Positions 43,604 through 54,084 of a stretch of 64,000 bases of DNA are shown here, piece by piece; positions within the stretch are counted from its first letter, which is position 1, and each line of letters opens with the position of its first letter. The notes below the pieces were generated by a model, which was not told the DNA's origin, searched no databases, and saw only the letters and a list, made by a program, of their open reading frames with translations. The DNA lies in NCBI GenBank assembly GCA_009859145.1, contig VRVR01000012.1:1-64000 (forward strand). Direction: 5' to 3'. The position numbers were made by a program, and so were the translations under genes. The DNA comes from Andalucia godoyi And28. Its lineage: Eukaryota; Protista; Jakobida.

Positions 43604-44413
43604 ATGGCGAATCCAGCTCCAAACCCGTCGTTTCTGGATCGGTTTTTAGACGATGTCGTTGGCATTCGCGGCGATCTTCGAAAGCATCTTTCACTGATGC
43701 GCGAGCTTGACGATGCATGCGAAAATCGATTGATGGATGTGGAAGATCAGGCATCAAGGTATGTTGCGGGGCTTCAGAAGGCGACGCGGCAGAAACAGCC
43801 CAAGCTCCCTGCACCCGAAATCCTGTCCAGGCTTCGCAGCCAGTATGATCAAGCACTGACATTGTCCGACGAAAAGATCGCGATAAGCAGACAAGTATAT
43901 GAGCTTGTGGACAGGCTCATCCAGAAGCTCGACAAGGATCTGTTCGACTTTGAAGCAGAGTTTGGGGATGTCTCCGCCTTGCTTTCACAAGCCTCCCTGT
44001 CGAAATCCGGCTCGCAGTCCAAGGATAAAGGAGGAGCTTCTTTTGCGGCTGGGAGTGGAGCCAACAGTTCGTTCATCGGTGGTGGCGGCGGCAGCGGCAG
44101 CGGAGGGATTTCGCTCACTGGTTCGAATCGAAAGCGGACGGCATCACAGGTTTCGGCATCCACTGTGGAGTCGTCTTCTGTTGTCGCGGACATGCCTATT
44201 GATTCTAGCGAACCGCGGTACTGTGTGTGCAACAATGTGTCGTACGGCGAGATGGTGGCATGCGATAATCCGGATTGCCCACACGGCGAGTGGTTCCATT
44301 ATGTCTGCGTTGGACTCAAAAGTGCCCCTTCTGGGACCTGGTACTGCCCAGGATGCAGAGAAGAGTTTAAAGCCATCGCGCAGAAGTCGGGCGTCCGGAA
44401 GAAGAGGTCGTGA
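43604..44413 (+). CDS. ING-family PHD-finger chromatin protein
   Basis: N-terminal LMRELD...DEKIAISRQVYELVDR; PHD EPRYCVCNNVSYGEMVACDNPDC...WFHYVCVGL...WYCPGC. Confidence 0.95.
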   Translation: MANPAPNPSFLDRFLDDVVGIRGDLRKHLSLMRELDDACENRLMDVEDQASRYVAGLQKATRQKQPKLPAPEILSRLRSQYDQALTLSDEKIAISRQVYELVDRLIQKLDKDLFDFEAEFGDVSALLSQASLSKSGSQSKDKGGASFAAGSGANSSFIGGGGGSGSGGISLTGSNRKRTASQVSASTVESSSVVADMPIDSSEPRYCVCNNVSYGEMVACDNPDCPHGEWFHYVCVGLKSAPSGTWYCPGCREEFKAIAQKSGVRKKRS

Positions 44414-44764
44414 AGTGGGGCGATAGACTTGCGTTGTGAACACCAGCAAGTTCGGCATCATTTCGACGTTTACTGACGAATTGTAGCACATTTACTTTTT
44501 TCTCTCTTCATTATTCACTGGTTTTTTTTCTTTCTTCTTTTTTGTCTTCTTCACCATCATCATCTTTCCCCCCCCCCCCTTTTTTTTTTCCTTGTCCGTT
44601 CTGCGGATTTTGAAGGGGAAAAAGATGGGTATATATGGTTTAGTGGCATCATGGAGTTTCTTTTGGTGGGTGGAAAGAGGATTGACGGTCTCTCACTCGT
44701 TGAGAGGAGAAGAGAAGAAACAAAGCCATCCGCAACCCAGGATAAGAGAGAGCACGGCTGCGAA

Positions 44765-46609
44765 CTATGCAGTCTTCTTGAGGATTGTTGCCAGCTCATG
44801 GAGCTCGTGGTCGTCCTTTCTTTTCTGGCGGTTCTGCGCAATCGTATCGATCAGCGCGATGACGAACATGGTTACAAGAAGGCCGAGGAGAACCTGCCAG
44901 GCTTGTGCAAGCATGGATTCCGTCTGTTCACCGCGAGAAGTATTGCTGGGATCAAACTTTGCTCGCTCCTTCTCCAGCAAAGCATGGACGCTCCTTGCTG
45001 CTGCTGGTGCGTATTCGGACAACAAGGACATGACCCATTCGACAGTCTTGTGACGGAACAAGAAGATCACGAACCCAGCCTGCATATTCGACTTGAAAAG
45101 TGCTTTTCCAACAGCTGTGGCTCCAAAGAAGACAAGAAACGGAACGCCGTTCGTTCCGCATGCTAGCCCAGCCGCATCAAACAAGGGATTCGGTATCGAG
45201 GCAAACAACATGATGGTAAAGAATGTCAATCGTCCTTCTACAAGCTTCTCCACACGATCGGAAAAGGCAGCAATCCAGGACTTCTGTTCAACATGTCCGT
45301 TAGCAGCCTGTGCAGCCAACTCATCTTCCTCGTCTGCATCATCCGAGCGAGATCCACGAGCGAAAAAGTACGGCGGGAGCTCTCCAATTGCAGTTCCAAA
45401 GCCCCATGCAAGTGCCATCGGAAGCACCTTGAGCCACAGCGAAGCAAACGACAAATCCACGTCCTTATCTTGGACGCCACCTGGGCAGCGAAACTTCGTC
45501 TTGCCAACCATGTCAAAATCCAAGTTGCCACAGGCAGCAGCGGCAAGCGAGAACTCTGCAATGTACGGACCGAGATTCAGCAGGAATGTATGAAGACCAA
45601 AGCCGAAACCGACCGATGACAGAATGCCAAGAAACACCCATTCGGAGAGATCTACCGCATACGAAATTTCATACGCATGAGTATCGTAGAATCCGCGATT
45701 CAACGCATAGGAATGGATTCCAGAGGTGAGTGCAAGAGCGAGCAACACCAGCAACAAATGTTTCACGAGAATGGAGGAAAACGCGCAGATCCACTCTACC
45801 AACACTTCAATGCAGAGTCCAACGGTTTTGAACGGTGTCCGAAGCACGCCAATCTGCTTGCGCTTCTCTCGGAACATTCGTGAGTGGGCAGGAAACTGCT
45901 TGTGCACACTAGTCTCTCTTGGACTCTCCTGCTGTTCCTGCTGCTGCTGCTGCTGTTGTTGTTGTTGTTGCTGTTGCTGTTGCTGTTGTTGCCGTTCCGT
46001 CGCCGCCGCAGGCCACGCATTCGAGGAGTTTGGAATCTGAGACTTTGTAATTTTCAGTGCCTCGGCTTCAATTGCGGCGATCGCATTTTCAGAAGCTTGG
46101 TGCACAGGAGACGCGCCCAGAGAAGTTCCCAAATAACGAAATGGCGATCCTCGAGACGGCGAATTTGTAGATGTCTCTGAAAGCACCATAGACGGCTGAT
46201 CCAGCGCAGGTCTCGAAAACGGACTTGAAGCGCGCGACGAATGTGGCGATCCAGCCAATGGGGAGTCTAGCAGTGCTGATGGAGTGAGCGGACGGTCACC
46301 TGTCACACGCTGACTCGCAGTCTGGCTGAGACTCTGACTCGCATTCTGACTTTGGCTGGATTGGCGGAACGCTTCAATTCGAGCAATGACATCAGATTTT
46401 TTTCCATAAACAGGAAGGCTGTATGCGCGACAGACGTCCTGCAGATCCTTCAAAAGGAGATCTCCCAACGGAATCGCTTGATGATGGTCCAAAGCAGCAG
46501 CAGCAACAGCAGCAGAGGCCGAAGACGAAGACGAAGACGACGTCGAAGATGCGGAAGACTCCTTACGAAGCCTACGAACCGGACCGGGAGATCGTCCAAT
46601 TCCACTCAT
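44765..46609 (-). CDS. VMP1: VMP1 (DedA/VTT-family scramblase) with N-terminal SAP domain and polyQ tract
   Basis: LGILSSVGFGFGLHTFLLNLGP, GTAIGELPPYF, SIPNPLFDAAGLACG; SAP-like LLLKDLQDVCRAYSLPVYGKKSDVIARI. Confidence 0.92.
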   Translation of the reverse strand: MSGIGRSPGPVRRLRKESSASSTSSSSSSSASAAVAAAALDHHQAIPLGDLLLKDLQDVCRAYSLPVYGKKSDVIARIEAFRQSSQSQNASQSLSQTASQRVTGDRPLTPSALLDSPLAGSPHSSRASSPFSRPALDQPSMVLSETSTNSPSRGSPFRYLGTSLGASPVHQASENAIAAIEAEALKITKSQIPNSSNAWPAAATERQQQQQQQQQQQQQQQQQQEQQESPRETSVHKQFPAHSRMFREKRKQIGVLRTPFKTVGLCIEVLVEWICAFSSILVKHLLLVLLALALTSGIHSYALNRGFYDTHAYEISYAVDLSEWVFLGILSSVGFGFGLHTFLLNLGPYIAEFSLAAAACGNLDFDMVGKTKFRCPGGVQDKDVDLSFASLWLKVLPMALAWGFGTAIGELPPYFFARGSRSDDADEEDELAAQAANGHVEQKSWIAAFSDRVEKLVEGRLTFFTIMLFASIPNPLFDAAGLACGTNGVPFLVFFGATAVGKALFKSNMQAGFVIFLFRHKTVEWVMSLLSEYAPAAARSVHALLEKERAKFDPSNTSRGEQTESMLAQAWQVLLGLLVTMFVIALIDTIAQNRQKRKDDHELHELATILKKTA

Positions 46610-47069
46610 GTATAATCACGCGCTGATCCCCGTTCCTCCTAGACTGCAATACAGAAACTCTCTTATTTTTAAAATTCCTTTTTTTCCTTTTTTTTTTTTT
46701 TCTTTTTCTTTTTTTATTTTATTAAATAACGAACACAAATATATAAAAATAATAGATACAGCGTTCCCGAAAACAATGTGAAAACGAAGTGCAAAAATCC
46801 CAAAGGTGCAGCACAGAAGGAGAGAGTCGTTTTTTTATTAAATGGCATCCGGCGAGGAATTGATGCTTGATCCTAGGTGTTCTGGCTTATAGAGACGCCT
46901 GTCTTTTCGCTCTTGCTCGTCGATCCATTTCGTCCGTTTCCTTTCACGGTTTTCGTTTTTCTTTTTTTTGTTCTTGTTTTTGTTTTTGTTTTTGTTTTTG
47001 TTTTTCCGTTGGTGGTGGTTGGTGGTTGTTTGCGTGTGGGCTGATTGACTGTTTGACGGAAAAGGAAGG

Positions 47070-47978
47070 ATGTCGGACGAAGTGGTTTGGCAGATCATCA
47101 ATCACGGGTTCTGCTCGTTCAAATCCAAGACTAAGACGCAGACGTTTTGCCGAAACCCGTATAATGTGTCTGGTCTTTGTCTGCGATCTGCGTGTCCGTT
47201 GGCGAATTCAAAGTATGCGACGATTATTGAGAAGAATGGCGTGTGTTTCTTGTACATCAAGACCATCGAAAGAGCACATCTGCCGCGAGATTTGTGGGAA
47301 AAGATCAAACTGCCTGCGAACTACTCAGCGGCGTTGCAGATTGTGGACTCGCAACTGCAGTACTTTTCAAAGTATCTGAAGCACAAATGCAAGCAACGGT
47401 TGACCAAGATGCACCAGTACTTGATCAGAATGCGAAAACTGCAGCTTAAGACGCATGAGAAGCTGACGAGAATCAACAAGAAGGAGGAACGCGTCGAGAA
47501 GAAAAAGGAGGAAAAGGCTGAAAAGGCTGCGCTGGTCGAGAAAGCCATTGAAAAGGAGCTCCTGGAAAGATTGCGGCAGGGTACCTATGGAGATATTTAC
47601 AACTTCCCGACGAAGGTCTTTGAAAAGGCACTTGACGAGGACGAGGAGGAGCTGGAGAACGAGAACGAGGACGAGGATCAAGAAGAAGAGCTGGAATACG
47701 TGGAAGACGATGAAGACGTGGAGTTTGACGATGATATGGAAGACATGCAGCTTGGAATCGATGATGAAGATGATGCGCAGGATGACAGTGATGATGAAGA
47801 GGAGGAAGCGTCCGAATCCGAGTCGGAAGATGAAGAAGAAAACGACAAGGTTACCCGAAGAAGGGTGGTCCTTAAGAAACCGTTACCGAAGCGACCGCGT
47901 CTGGCTTCTGTCAAGCCCCGTGGACGGGTTGAGATTGAGTATGAACAAGAACGTGAATCCGAGTACGCAAAACACTAA
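47070..47978 (+). CDS. MAK16: Ribosome biogenesis protein Mak16
   Basis: MSDEVVWQIINHGFCSFK, FCRNPYNVSGLC.R.ACPLANS, KTIERAH, ELLERLRQGTYGDIYN, acidic tail. Confidence 0.98.
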   Translation: MSDEVVWQIINHGFCSFKSKTKTQTFCRNPYNVSGLCLRSACPLANSKYATIIEKNGVCFLYIKTIERAHLPRDLWEKIKLPANYSAALQIVDSQLQYFSKYLKHKCKQRLTKMHQYLIRMRKLQLKTHEKLTRINKKEERVEKKKEEKAEKAALVEKAIEKELLERLRQGTYGDIYNFPTKVFEKALDEDEEELENENEDEDQEEELEYVEDDEDVEFDDDMEDMQLGIDDEDDAQDDSDDEEEEASESESEDEEENDKVTRRRVVLKKPLPKRPRLASVKPRGRVEIEYEQERESEYAKH

Positions 47979-48284
47979 GGGTAAGCGACACTGGCTCGAG
48001 GCAGCATGTTTTCCTTCCTTCCTTTTTTGCTTCTTACTCCTCTTGCAATACTGTACACATGGACCTGTTTTTTTTTTTGTTGTCATTCAATCGTCATTCT
48101 TAAGCAATTGTGATTTAACACATTAGAAATAATAAAAGATCAAAAATCAAGAAGAAGAAGGAAGGTGATCGTCCTCGTGGTGTGTGTGTGCGTGTGTGTG
48201 TATGTGTGTGTTTGATTTACTGTATCATATGAAAATTCTTCGTGCGGAAGCAAGTGACAGCAATGCTGGCTTGTGTTGGATGGA

Positions 48285-49052
48285 TCACTTTCCTAGTCGG
48301 AAGAGGAGAATGAGAAGCCCGAGGAGAACAGCACACAAAAGAATGATGCAACAAATCTTGCCCTTGTCCTGGGCATCTTTGAGCACCTTCGCCGCCTTTC
48401 TCATATTGGCCTTCAGCCTGGATGATGTGGACTCGACATTGCGATCAAGCTCATCAATCATTACCTTTTGCGTATTCAACTCGTCGTGGATCTGGTTTCC
48501 AATCTGGCTTATTCTCGATACCGCACCATGCAACTCATCGAGATCCTGGTCCTGATCTCGAATAATCTGTTCCTGGCGCTGCACTTCTCCTCTGACAAAT
48601 CTCTCATTATCCTGCACTCCCAGTCGGTCCATTCTATCATCGTCAGTCATAGCCCCTCCAAGCGCACCTGCACCCGCACCCGCAGCCCCTTTGGCTCCCA
48701 TAAGCGCATTTCTCTTCTGCGAAGTTTGCTTGAGCAGCACATCGTTCATCTCCCGAATCATCTTTTTCTTTTCCGCAATAAACGACTTTCGCTTCTTCAC
48801 CTCATCATCAGAAATGTTAAACTTCACGCGATTCGACTCGACAATGGTCATTGCCTCGTCCAAATCCCCAAGATCAAGCTCGACTGTCTTCAGCTGCTTC
48901 TTCAAATCCACTGAAATCCGCTCATACTCGGGATTCCCAGACGTATTTCCAGATTCAACAAGCGACTGGAACCGCTCATACAGCTTCTTGGCACTCTGCG
49001 ACCCCGACTCGACTTCATCCTTGACTAGATAGAACGGATCCTGTGCTGCCAT
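48285..49052 (-). CDS. STX6: Syntaxin-6/Tlg1 Qc-SNARE
   Basis: DPFYLVKDEV, DLGDLDEAM.IVE.N..KF, SNARE heptad IIRDQDQDLDEL, C-terminal TM. Confidence 0.93.
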   Translation of the reverse strand: MAAQDPFYLVKDEVESGSQSAKKLYERFQSLVESGNTSGNPEYERISVDLKKQLKTVELDLGDLDEAMTIVESNRVKFNISDDEVKKRKSFIAEKKKMIREMNDVLLKQTSQKRNALMGAKGAAGAGAGALGGAMTDDDRMDRLGVQDNERFVRGEVQRQEQIIRDQDQDLDELHGAVSRISQIGNQIHDELNTQKVMIDELDRNVESTSSRLKANMRKAAKVLKDAQDKGKICCIILLCAVLLGLLILLFRLGK

Positions 49053-49139
49053 CCTGTCTCAATCCCCACAACTACCGATTCTCTAACTCTCTCTGACTAC
49101 GCCGAATATTACTCACCAGCTACACAACAGAAGTAAAAG

Positions 49140-49173
49140 CAACAACAACAATAACAACAATAACAACAACAAC

Positions 49174-49227
<54 letters not shown>
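49140..49227. repeat. (AAC)n/(AAT)n microsatellite
   Basis: Direct reading. Confidence 0.95.
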
Positions 49228-49229
<2 letters not shown>

Positions 49230-49363
49230 AATGTATGTATGCTATCCGTAGCAGATTCTCGTCAGCCACGCAATCCAAAGAACGAGAGAAACCAAAACCA
49301 AAACAGCTCGAGTCACCAAAAAAAGTAGCATCGGACATAGGCAAGCTTTGTGTACAGCAGTCG

Positions 49364-49706
49364 GCTCCCCAAACTTGCCCGGAAAGCATATTATGACACT
49401 TGAGTCCCATGAGTTCTTGTGTTAAGACAGAGGTTGAAGCGATGGAATGGAAGCCGTTGCCACTTATTGCGATATGATGAAGCAATCTAAAGCGCACGCA
49501 AACAAAAAAACCACTGCCACGCGCCATGCGCATGCGTTTATTATCTTAAGCAACTCCGTCACACGATGCCCGATTCGTTTCGCCCCATTTTGGTCATAAA
49601 ATCCCTATATAAATACGCCACCGCGTTGCATTATGCATGTTGTTGGGTTGCAGCATTGATTATGGATGATCAGCGGTGATTATCAGTGGCTAGTGTACAA
49701 TGTAGG
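49364..49706 (+). pseudogene. Possible heavily decayed Fanzor2/TnpB relic with family-like right end
   Basis: AGTGTACAATGTAGG (49692-49706) matches the element end at 14/15 positions; upstream fragments PKLARK, IMTLESHEF, RQRLK, YDEA, YYLK. Confidence 0.35.
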
Positions 49707-49865
49707 CGAAAGCAGAAGTTTTTCTCTTTTTATGGGATTTTTTTGATTTGATATTTTTTTTCTTTATTTTTTTATATATTATTTTTTTTGCACTCCATTG
49801 TTCTTTGTTTCCTTCGCTTTGTTGCTGGCTGGGAGGTGGCATTCCTCCTCGAATGTTTGGTTGTC

Positions 49866-51722
49866 ATGAAGCGGAGTCGTTCAGAGATTGACGAACAGAC
49901 TTCCGGAAGTGACACTCGCGATGCAGAAACTGGACAATCGTCCACGGCCTCTAAGTTATCGAAACGAGTGGCTCAGGAGATCGACGCATCTAACACATCT
50001 CCCGCTTCCGCTGCAGAATCTGCAAATGCTATAATAAACAGACCACCGTCGTCGTCGTCGTCGTCGTCGTCATCGATGTTGTTTGAAGGGATCTGTGGAG
50101 TGCTTTGCGCTGGTGGAGAGTTTGGGATGAAACAAATTGACATTTTGAAGAAGCGGATGGTGGAGCGCGGTGCTGTGGTCAAGGATGATATGGACGCAGA
50201 TGTGCAGTATGTGTTTGCGGATGTTCGAGACGTGAGACTGCTGTGCGAAACGCTCAAGATCAAGGAACTCCGAGAAGATGTTCACATTGTGAGCCCTGCT
50301 TGGATCCAATGCTGCTTGCGAGAAGGCGAGATCTCGCCGACTGTCGCGTATGAACTGCAGCGAACCAAGAGTGAGCATGCTCCTTTGGCTGGACCGGGGT
50401 CTGCTGGAACAGCAGGTGGAAAGGGTTCTGCGACCCCGAGTCCGTCCAAGGCAGTGCGAAAGACGGCTGCAGCATGCGGTACACTTGTCCACAGTACTGG
50501 ATCTCCGATTCGCGATCCTGATGTGATTGAGACCCTCCAGCAGCGGGACAGGGAAGGTGCACAAGTATCTGGAAATGAAAGCGAGGAGGAGCATGCGGGC
50601 GTGGTTGGAACAAGCAATCGCGGCATCAGTGCTGCTGGTGCCTCCGGTACTCCATCAAGGTCTCCGGGAAAACGAAAATGGAATTCGCGCGCTTTTGATC
50701 CTCTTCGGAATGACACAAGGGGACTCGTGCTGAACCTCCCCCTGGTTCAAGAACTGGAAGCGCTTGAAAAGATCTACAAGGACACGTCTGACGAGTATCG
50801 GGCAATGAGCTATTCCAAGGCATGTAGAGCGATTGAGAATTCAGGCGTAAGGATCGAGTCCGGAGAACAGGCATCGAAGCTGTTCGGCATCGGTTCAAAG
50901 ATTGCGAGAAGAATTGACGAATTCTTGGCGACAGGAAAGATCCAGAAAAGGATTGAGATGGAAAACAGCGAGCAAATCCGCGCTATCCGCTTGTTCCAGA
51001 CGATCCATGGAGTCGGTGCAGAAACGGCCACAAATTGGTTCATGCGAGGTCTTCGGACCATCGAGGATATTCGAAAACATCCAGAACTACTGACGACAAC
51101 ACAGGCTCTCGCACTTTCGCACTGGGAAGACATGCAGCTGAAGATTCCCAGAGAAGAGGTTGATTTGATTGAATGCATTATTCGAAAGTACTCGTTACTG
51201 GTTCGGCCGAGAATGATTGTGCGGTGCTGCGGCTCGTTTCGTAGGGGCCGCACGATGTGCGGTGATGCGGATTTCATCATTTCCCCGGCGCAGCCAAACC
51301 ACCCTCCAATCGACGGGTTCTTATCGGCGCTCGTTGCGAAACTCCGAAGTGTAGGCTTCATGAAAGAGGAAATCCGCTCCATGTCATTTGCCAATCACGA
51401 TCCAGAAGACTCCGAAACATTCATGGGTTTTTGCCAAGTCACGCCCACTGGTCCGTTCCGACGAATCGACATCAAGGTGTATCCCTACCACCAGTATCCC
51501 TCGGCCATTCTGTACTTCACGGGATCCACCTATCTCAACCGTGCGATGCGACTGAAGGCAGATCGAATGGGATACTACCTGAGCGACAGGGGTCTGTTTC
51601 GCTGCAAACGAGACACGAACGGCGATCCCATGGACATGGAGCGCATCGAATGCCTGAACGAGCGCGAGCTCTTTGACGCCCTCGAAATCGACTACTTGGT
51701 ACCAGAAGACCGGGATTCGTAG
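49866..51722 (+). CDS. POLL: X-family DNA polymerase (pol lambda-like) with N-terminal BRCT
   Basis: BRCT (HIVSPAWIQCCL), lyase/HhH GIGSKIA and HGVGAETA, GSFRRG..CGDADF, RRIDIK, YFTGS, NRAMR. Confidence 0.93.
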   Translation: MKRSRSEIDEQTSGSDTRDAETGQSSTASKLSKRVAQEIDASNTSPASAAESANAIINRPPSSSSSSSSSMLFEGICGVLCAGGEFGMKQIDILKKRMVERGAVVKDDMDADVQYVFADVRDVRLLCETLKIKELREDVHIVSPAWIQCCLREGEISPTVAYELQRTKSEHAPLAGPGSAGTAGGKGSATPSPSKAVRKTAAACGTLVHSTGSPIRDPDVIETLQQRDREGAQVSGNESEEEHAGVVGTSNRGISAAGASGTPSRSPGKRKWNSRAFDPLRNDTRGLVLNLPLVQELEALEKIYKDTSDEYRAMSYSKACRAIENSGVRIESGEQASKLFGIGSKIARRIDEFLATGKIQKRIEMENSEQIRAIRLFQTIHGVGAETATNWFMRGLRTIEDIRKHPELLTTTQALALSHWEDMQLKIPREEVDLIECIIRKYSLLVRPRMIVRCCGSFRRGRTMCGDADFIISPAQPNHPPIDGFLSALVAKLRSVGFMKEEIRSMSFANHDPEDSETFMGFCQVTPTGPFRRIDIKVYPYHQYPSAILYFTGSTYLNRAMRLKADRMGYYLSDRGLFRCKRDTNGDPMDMERIECLNERELFDALEIDYLVPEDRDS

Positions 51723-52023
51723 CCAACGATTCAGCATGATGCAGTCTAAGCACTGCATTGCAGAGCGCAGCCCGTGGGGAAAGCTGCCGGAAACCGGGTG
51801 CCAGTCTCTCAATATCATGCAACAGCCAATGTCCCAGCGCTGACTGCTCGTTTCCCCTTGCTGTCTCAAAAATAGCCACAGGAAATCTCCCGCCGTGAGC
51901 AAATTCACCGCGCATCGTCGCCATGCATGATTCGGTCGTTTGAAGAAGCGATCCAGATCCAGTCGCCATCGTAATTTGTAGAAATCTTAATTTTTCACGT
52001 ACCCAAGCCCGCTCTTCGTGACG

Positions 52024-52299
52024 ATGACTGCCGTCGCGGCCGAAGTAAGCCGCCGTAAGATCCAGTGGGCGTACGTCCTTCCTATTCTCGGAGCGCCCGT
52101 GGCACACGTCCTCGTTTCCAACATCCGCAGAGCTCGCAAGCCACGGACGAGGACACTCCTTGTTTGGTCTGTCGTTGGCACAACTGCATTTGCAGTGCTC
52201 CAAAGACTGTGGTTGATGAACGACGCGGGATACCCCGGTGGCGAACGGGTGAAGCCGGAGCGTTTTGAGCACACCGATTCCTTATCTCTGGAGAAGTGA
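52024..52299 (+). CDS. Small two-TM hypothetical protein
   Basis: Two hydrophobic segments, coding-like composition, own intergenic space. Confidence 0.55.
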   Translation: MTAVAAEVSRRKIQWAYVLPILGAPVAHVLVSNIRRARKPRTRTLLVWSVVGTTAFAVLQRLWLMNDAGYPGGERVKPERFEHTDSLSLEK

Positions 52300-52581
52300 A
52301 GTGCCGACGCTGTCATCACCACCATTCCGCCTCTCCTCCAAGCATCGCATGCATGCCACAGATTATGATTATGATGATGATATGTACAGTCCATGTTGTT
52401 GAGCTGTCCCTCCGCCACTCCTACACAGCATAAATCATAATTGTATTTATTGATTCATAAACACAAGCCCGCGAGAAGAGACTACTTTTTTCCCGAATAA
52501 ACTATGCATACATGAAACCCCCAAAAGTACCAGCAATGTATTCTTCCTTTTTCTGCGGAAGCAACTCGAGATGGAGGCGGG

Positions 52582-52818
52582 TCATGTCTCGGGAGCAGAG
52601 AATCCAAATCGGTTTCCCAGCTTTTTCGCAAACGCTATCTTTCGGTCTTGAATCTTTGCAACATTCTCTCTGTACACGCGACTCCACTCGTCCGGATGCT
52701 CCAAAATGTACTCTAAATGCGCGCGATCGCTCGTCTCCGAGTGCACTGTCAAGTATCCCATCCCACCTACAAACGAAACCGCCGCAGCACATCGCACAAA
52801 AAGCCCAAAGTCTACCAT
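52582..52818 (-). CDS. Small single-TM hypothetical protein
   Basis: MVDFGLFVRCAAAVSFVGGMGYL TM plus charged tail; start uncertain. Confidence 0.4.
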   Translation of the reverse strand: MVDFGLFVRCAAAVSFVGGMGYLTVHSETSDRAHLEYILEHPDEWSRVYRENVAKIQDRKIAFAKKLGNRFGFSAPET

Positions 52819-52891
52819 TCGCGTCGTCGTCCTGACTACTGCATTCGACACTTGTCCACACATACATACATACACATACACACACACATAC

Positions 52892-52944
<53 letters not shown>

Positions 52945-53212
52945 CCTTGCGGTCGGTCGCTGGCTTCGAGCGGTTCCTCCTTCCTTTTGGAAATTCGGTA
53001 TGGTGTCTCTGGGTTTTGCCCACCCGGCAAAACTGGACTGCAAGTCGACAGTTGTCGACACCAATCACTGAACGTTAGCAAATGGGATCGTTTTTGTCTT
53101 GTTCATCGTTGGTTTTCCCTTAGTCTCAATTTTTCCTTTTCTCTTCACACTGACGAAAGCGGTACGAATTCTCTTTTTATTATTTTTTATTTTTAAAAAA
53201 ACACAAAACACA

Positions 53213-53243
<31 letters not shown>

Positions 53244-53417
53244 AGAAGAAGAAGAAGAAGAAGAAGAAGACATAGATATTCACATTAAGAGCAGAGATTG
53301 AGTAGTGTCTGATACAGGGTTCACAGACAACGAAAGAAGAAGCGTGGAAAGGCGTGGGGAAAAAACACGACAAAAGACACATTTCATTTGATAAGCAGCT
53401 GCGGATTAAAAAGCAAG

Positions 53418-54065
53418 ATGATTTCTGCAGCGTCGAATAGCTCCAACAGTGGTGGTAGTAGTAGTTCGATTTATGTGTGTCCGATATCGGGGTTCCGGAA
53501 TCTTGTACCTCGTCCACGGGAAGAGCGCCGAGCACTGAGCAACAAGGATCTTCTTGAGAAGCAGCGACTCGCGAATCGCAGGGAAGGTTTTTCAAGATAC
53601 CACGCGTCGACACAGCCAATTATGGTTCCAGATGCCGTTGCGGCTGGGTACTTGCCTGACGCGGATCGGTTCCATTCTGACACTGCGGGCGAAGAGAAGC
53701 GGAGAAGGGAGGCGCAGCTGCAGAAAAAACAGGTCCAGATGGATGCTACGCGGCAGGGAAGAGTGCAGAAGGAAGAGGATCGATGGAAACGAATGGACAT
53801 GAACGAAAAGGAGGAACAGCACCGATGGGATTCGCTGCGAGGAACATCAAAGAACAACATTTCTTCTGTTTCGTACGACGTCGTGTCGATGAAGTACCAT
53901 GAAAACGAATCAGGTCAACGACTGGTCAAGGAAGAGGAAATGCTCAAATACAAGGCCGCCGTTCGTGCACAGAGACTGTATGAAAAGTCCAGCTCACAGG
54001 TCGATCCAATCACCGGGCAGCAGGTCCCGCAGCGCGTCAACCTCCCAAACAAGCCGCATATGTAA
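53418..54065 (+). CDS. Hypothetical helical protein, possibly ciliary
   Basis: Charged helical ORF with DADRF, YDVVSMKY and DPITG motifs reminiscent of axonemal proteins. Confidence 0.6.
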   Translation: MISAASNSSNSGGSSSSIYVCPISGFRNLVPRPREERRALSNKDLLEKQRLANRREGFSRYHASTQPIMVPDAVAAGYLPDADRFHSDTAGEEKRRREAQLQKKQVQMDATRQGRVQKEEDRWKRMDMNEKEEQHRWDSLRGTSKNNISSVSYDVVSMKYHENESGQRLVKEEEMLKYKAAVRAQRLYEKSSSQVDPITGQQVPQRVNLPNKPHM

Positions 54066-54084
54066 ACCTAAAGTAATTTTTTTA

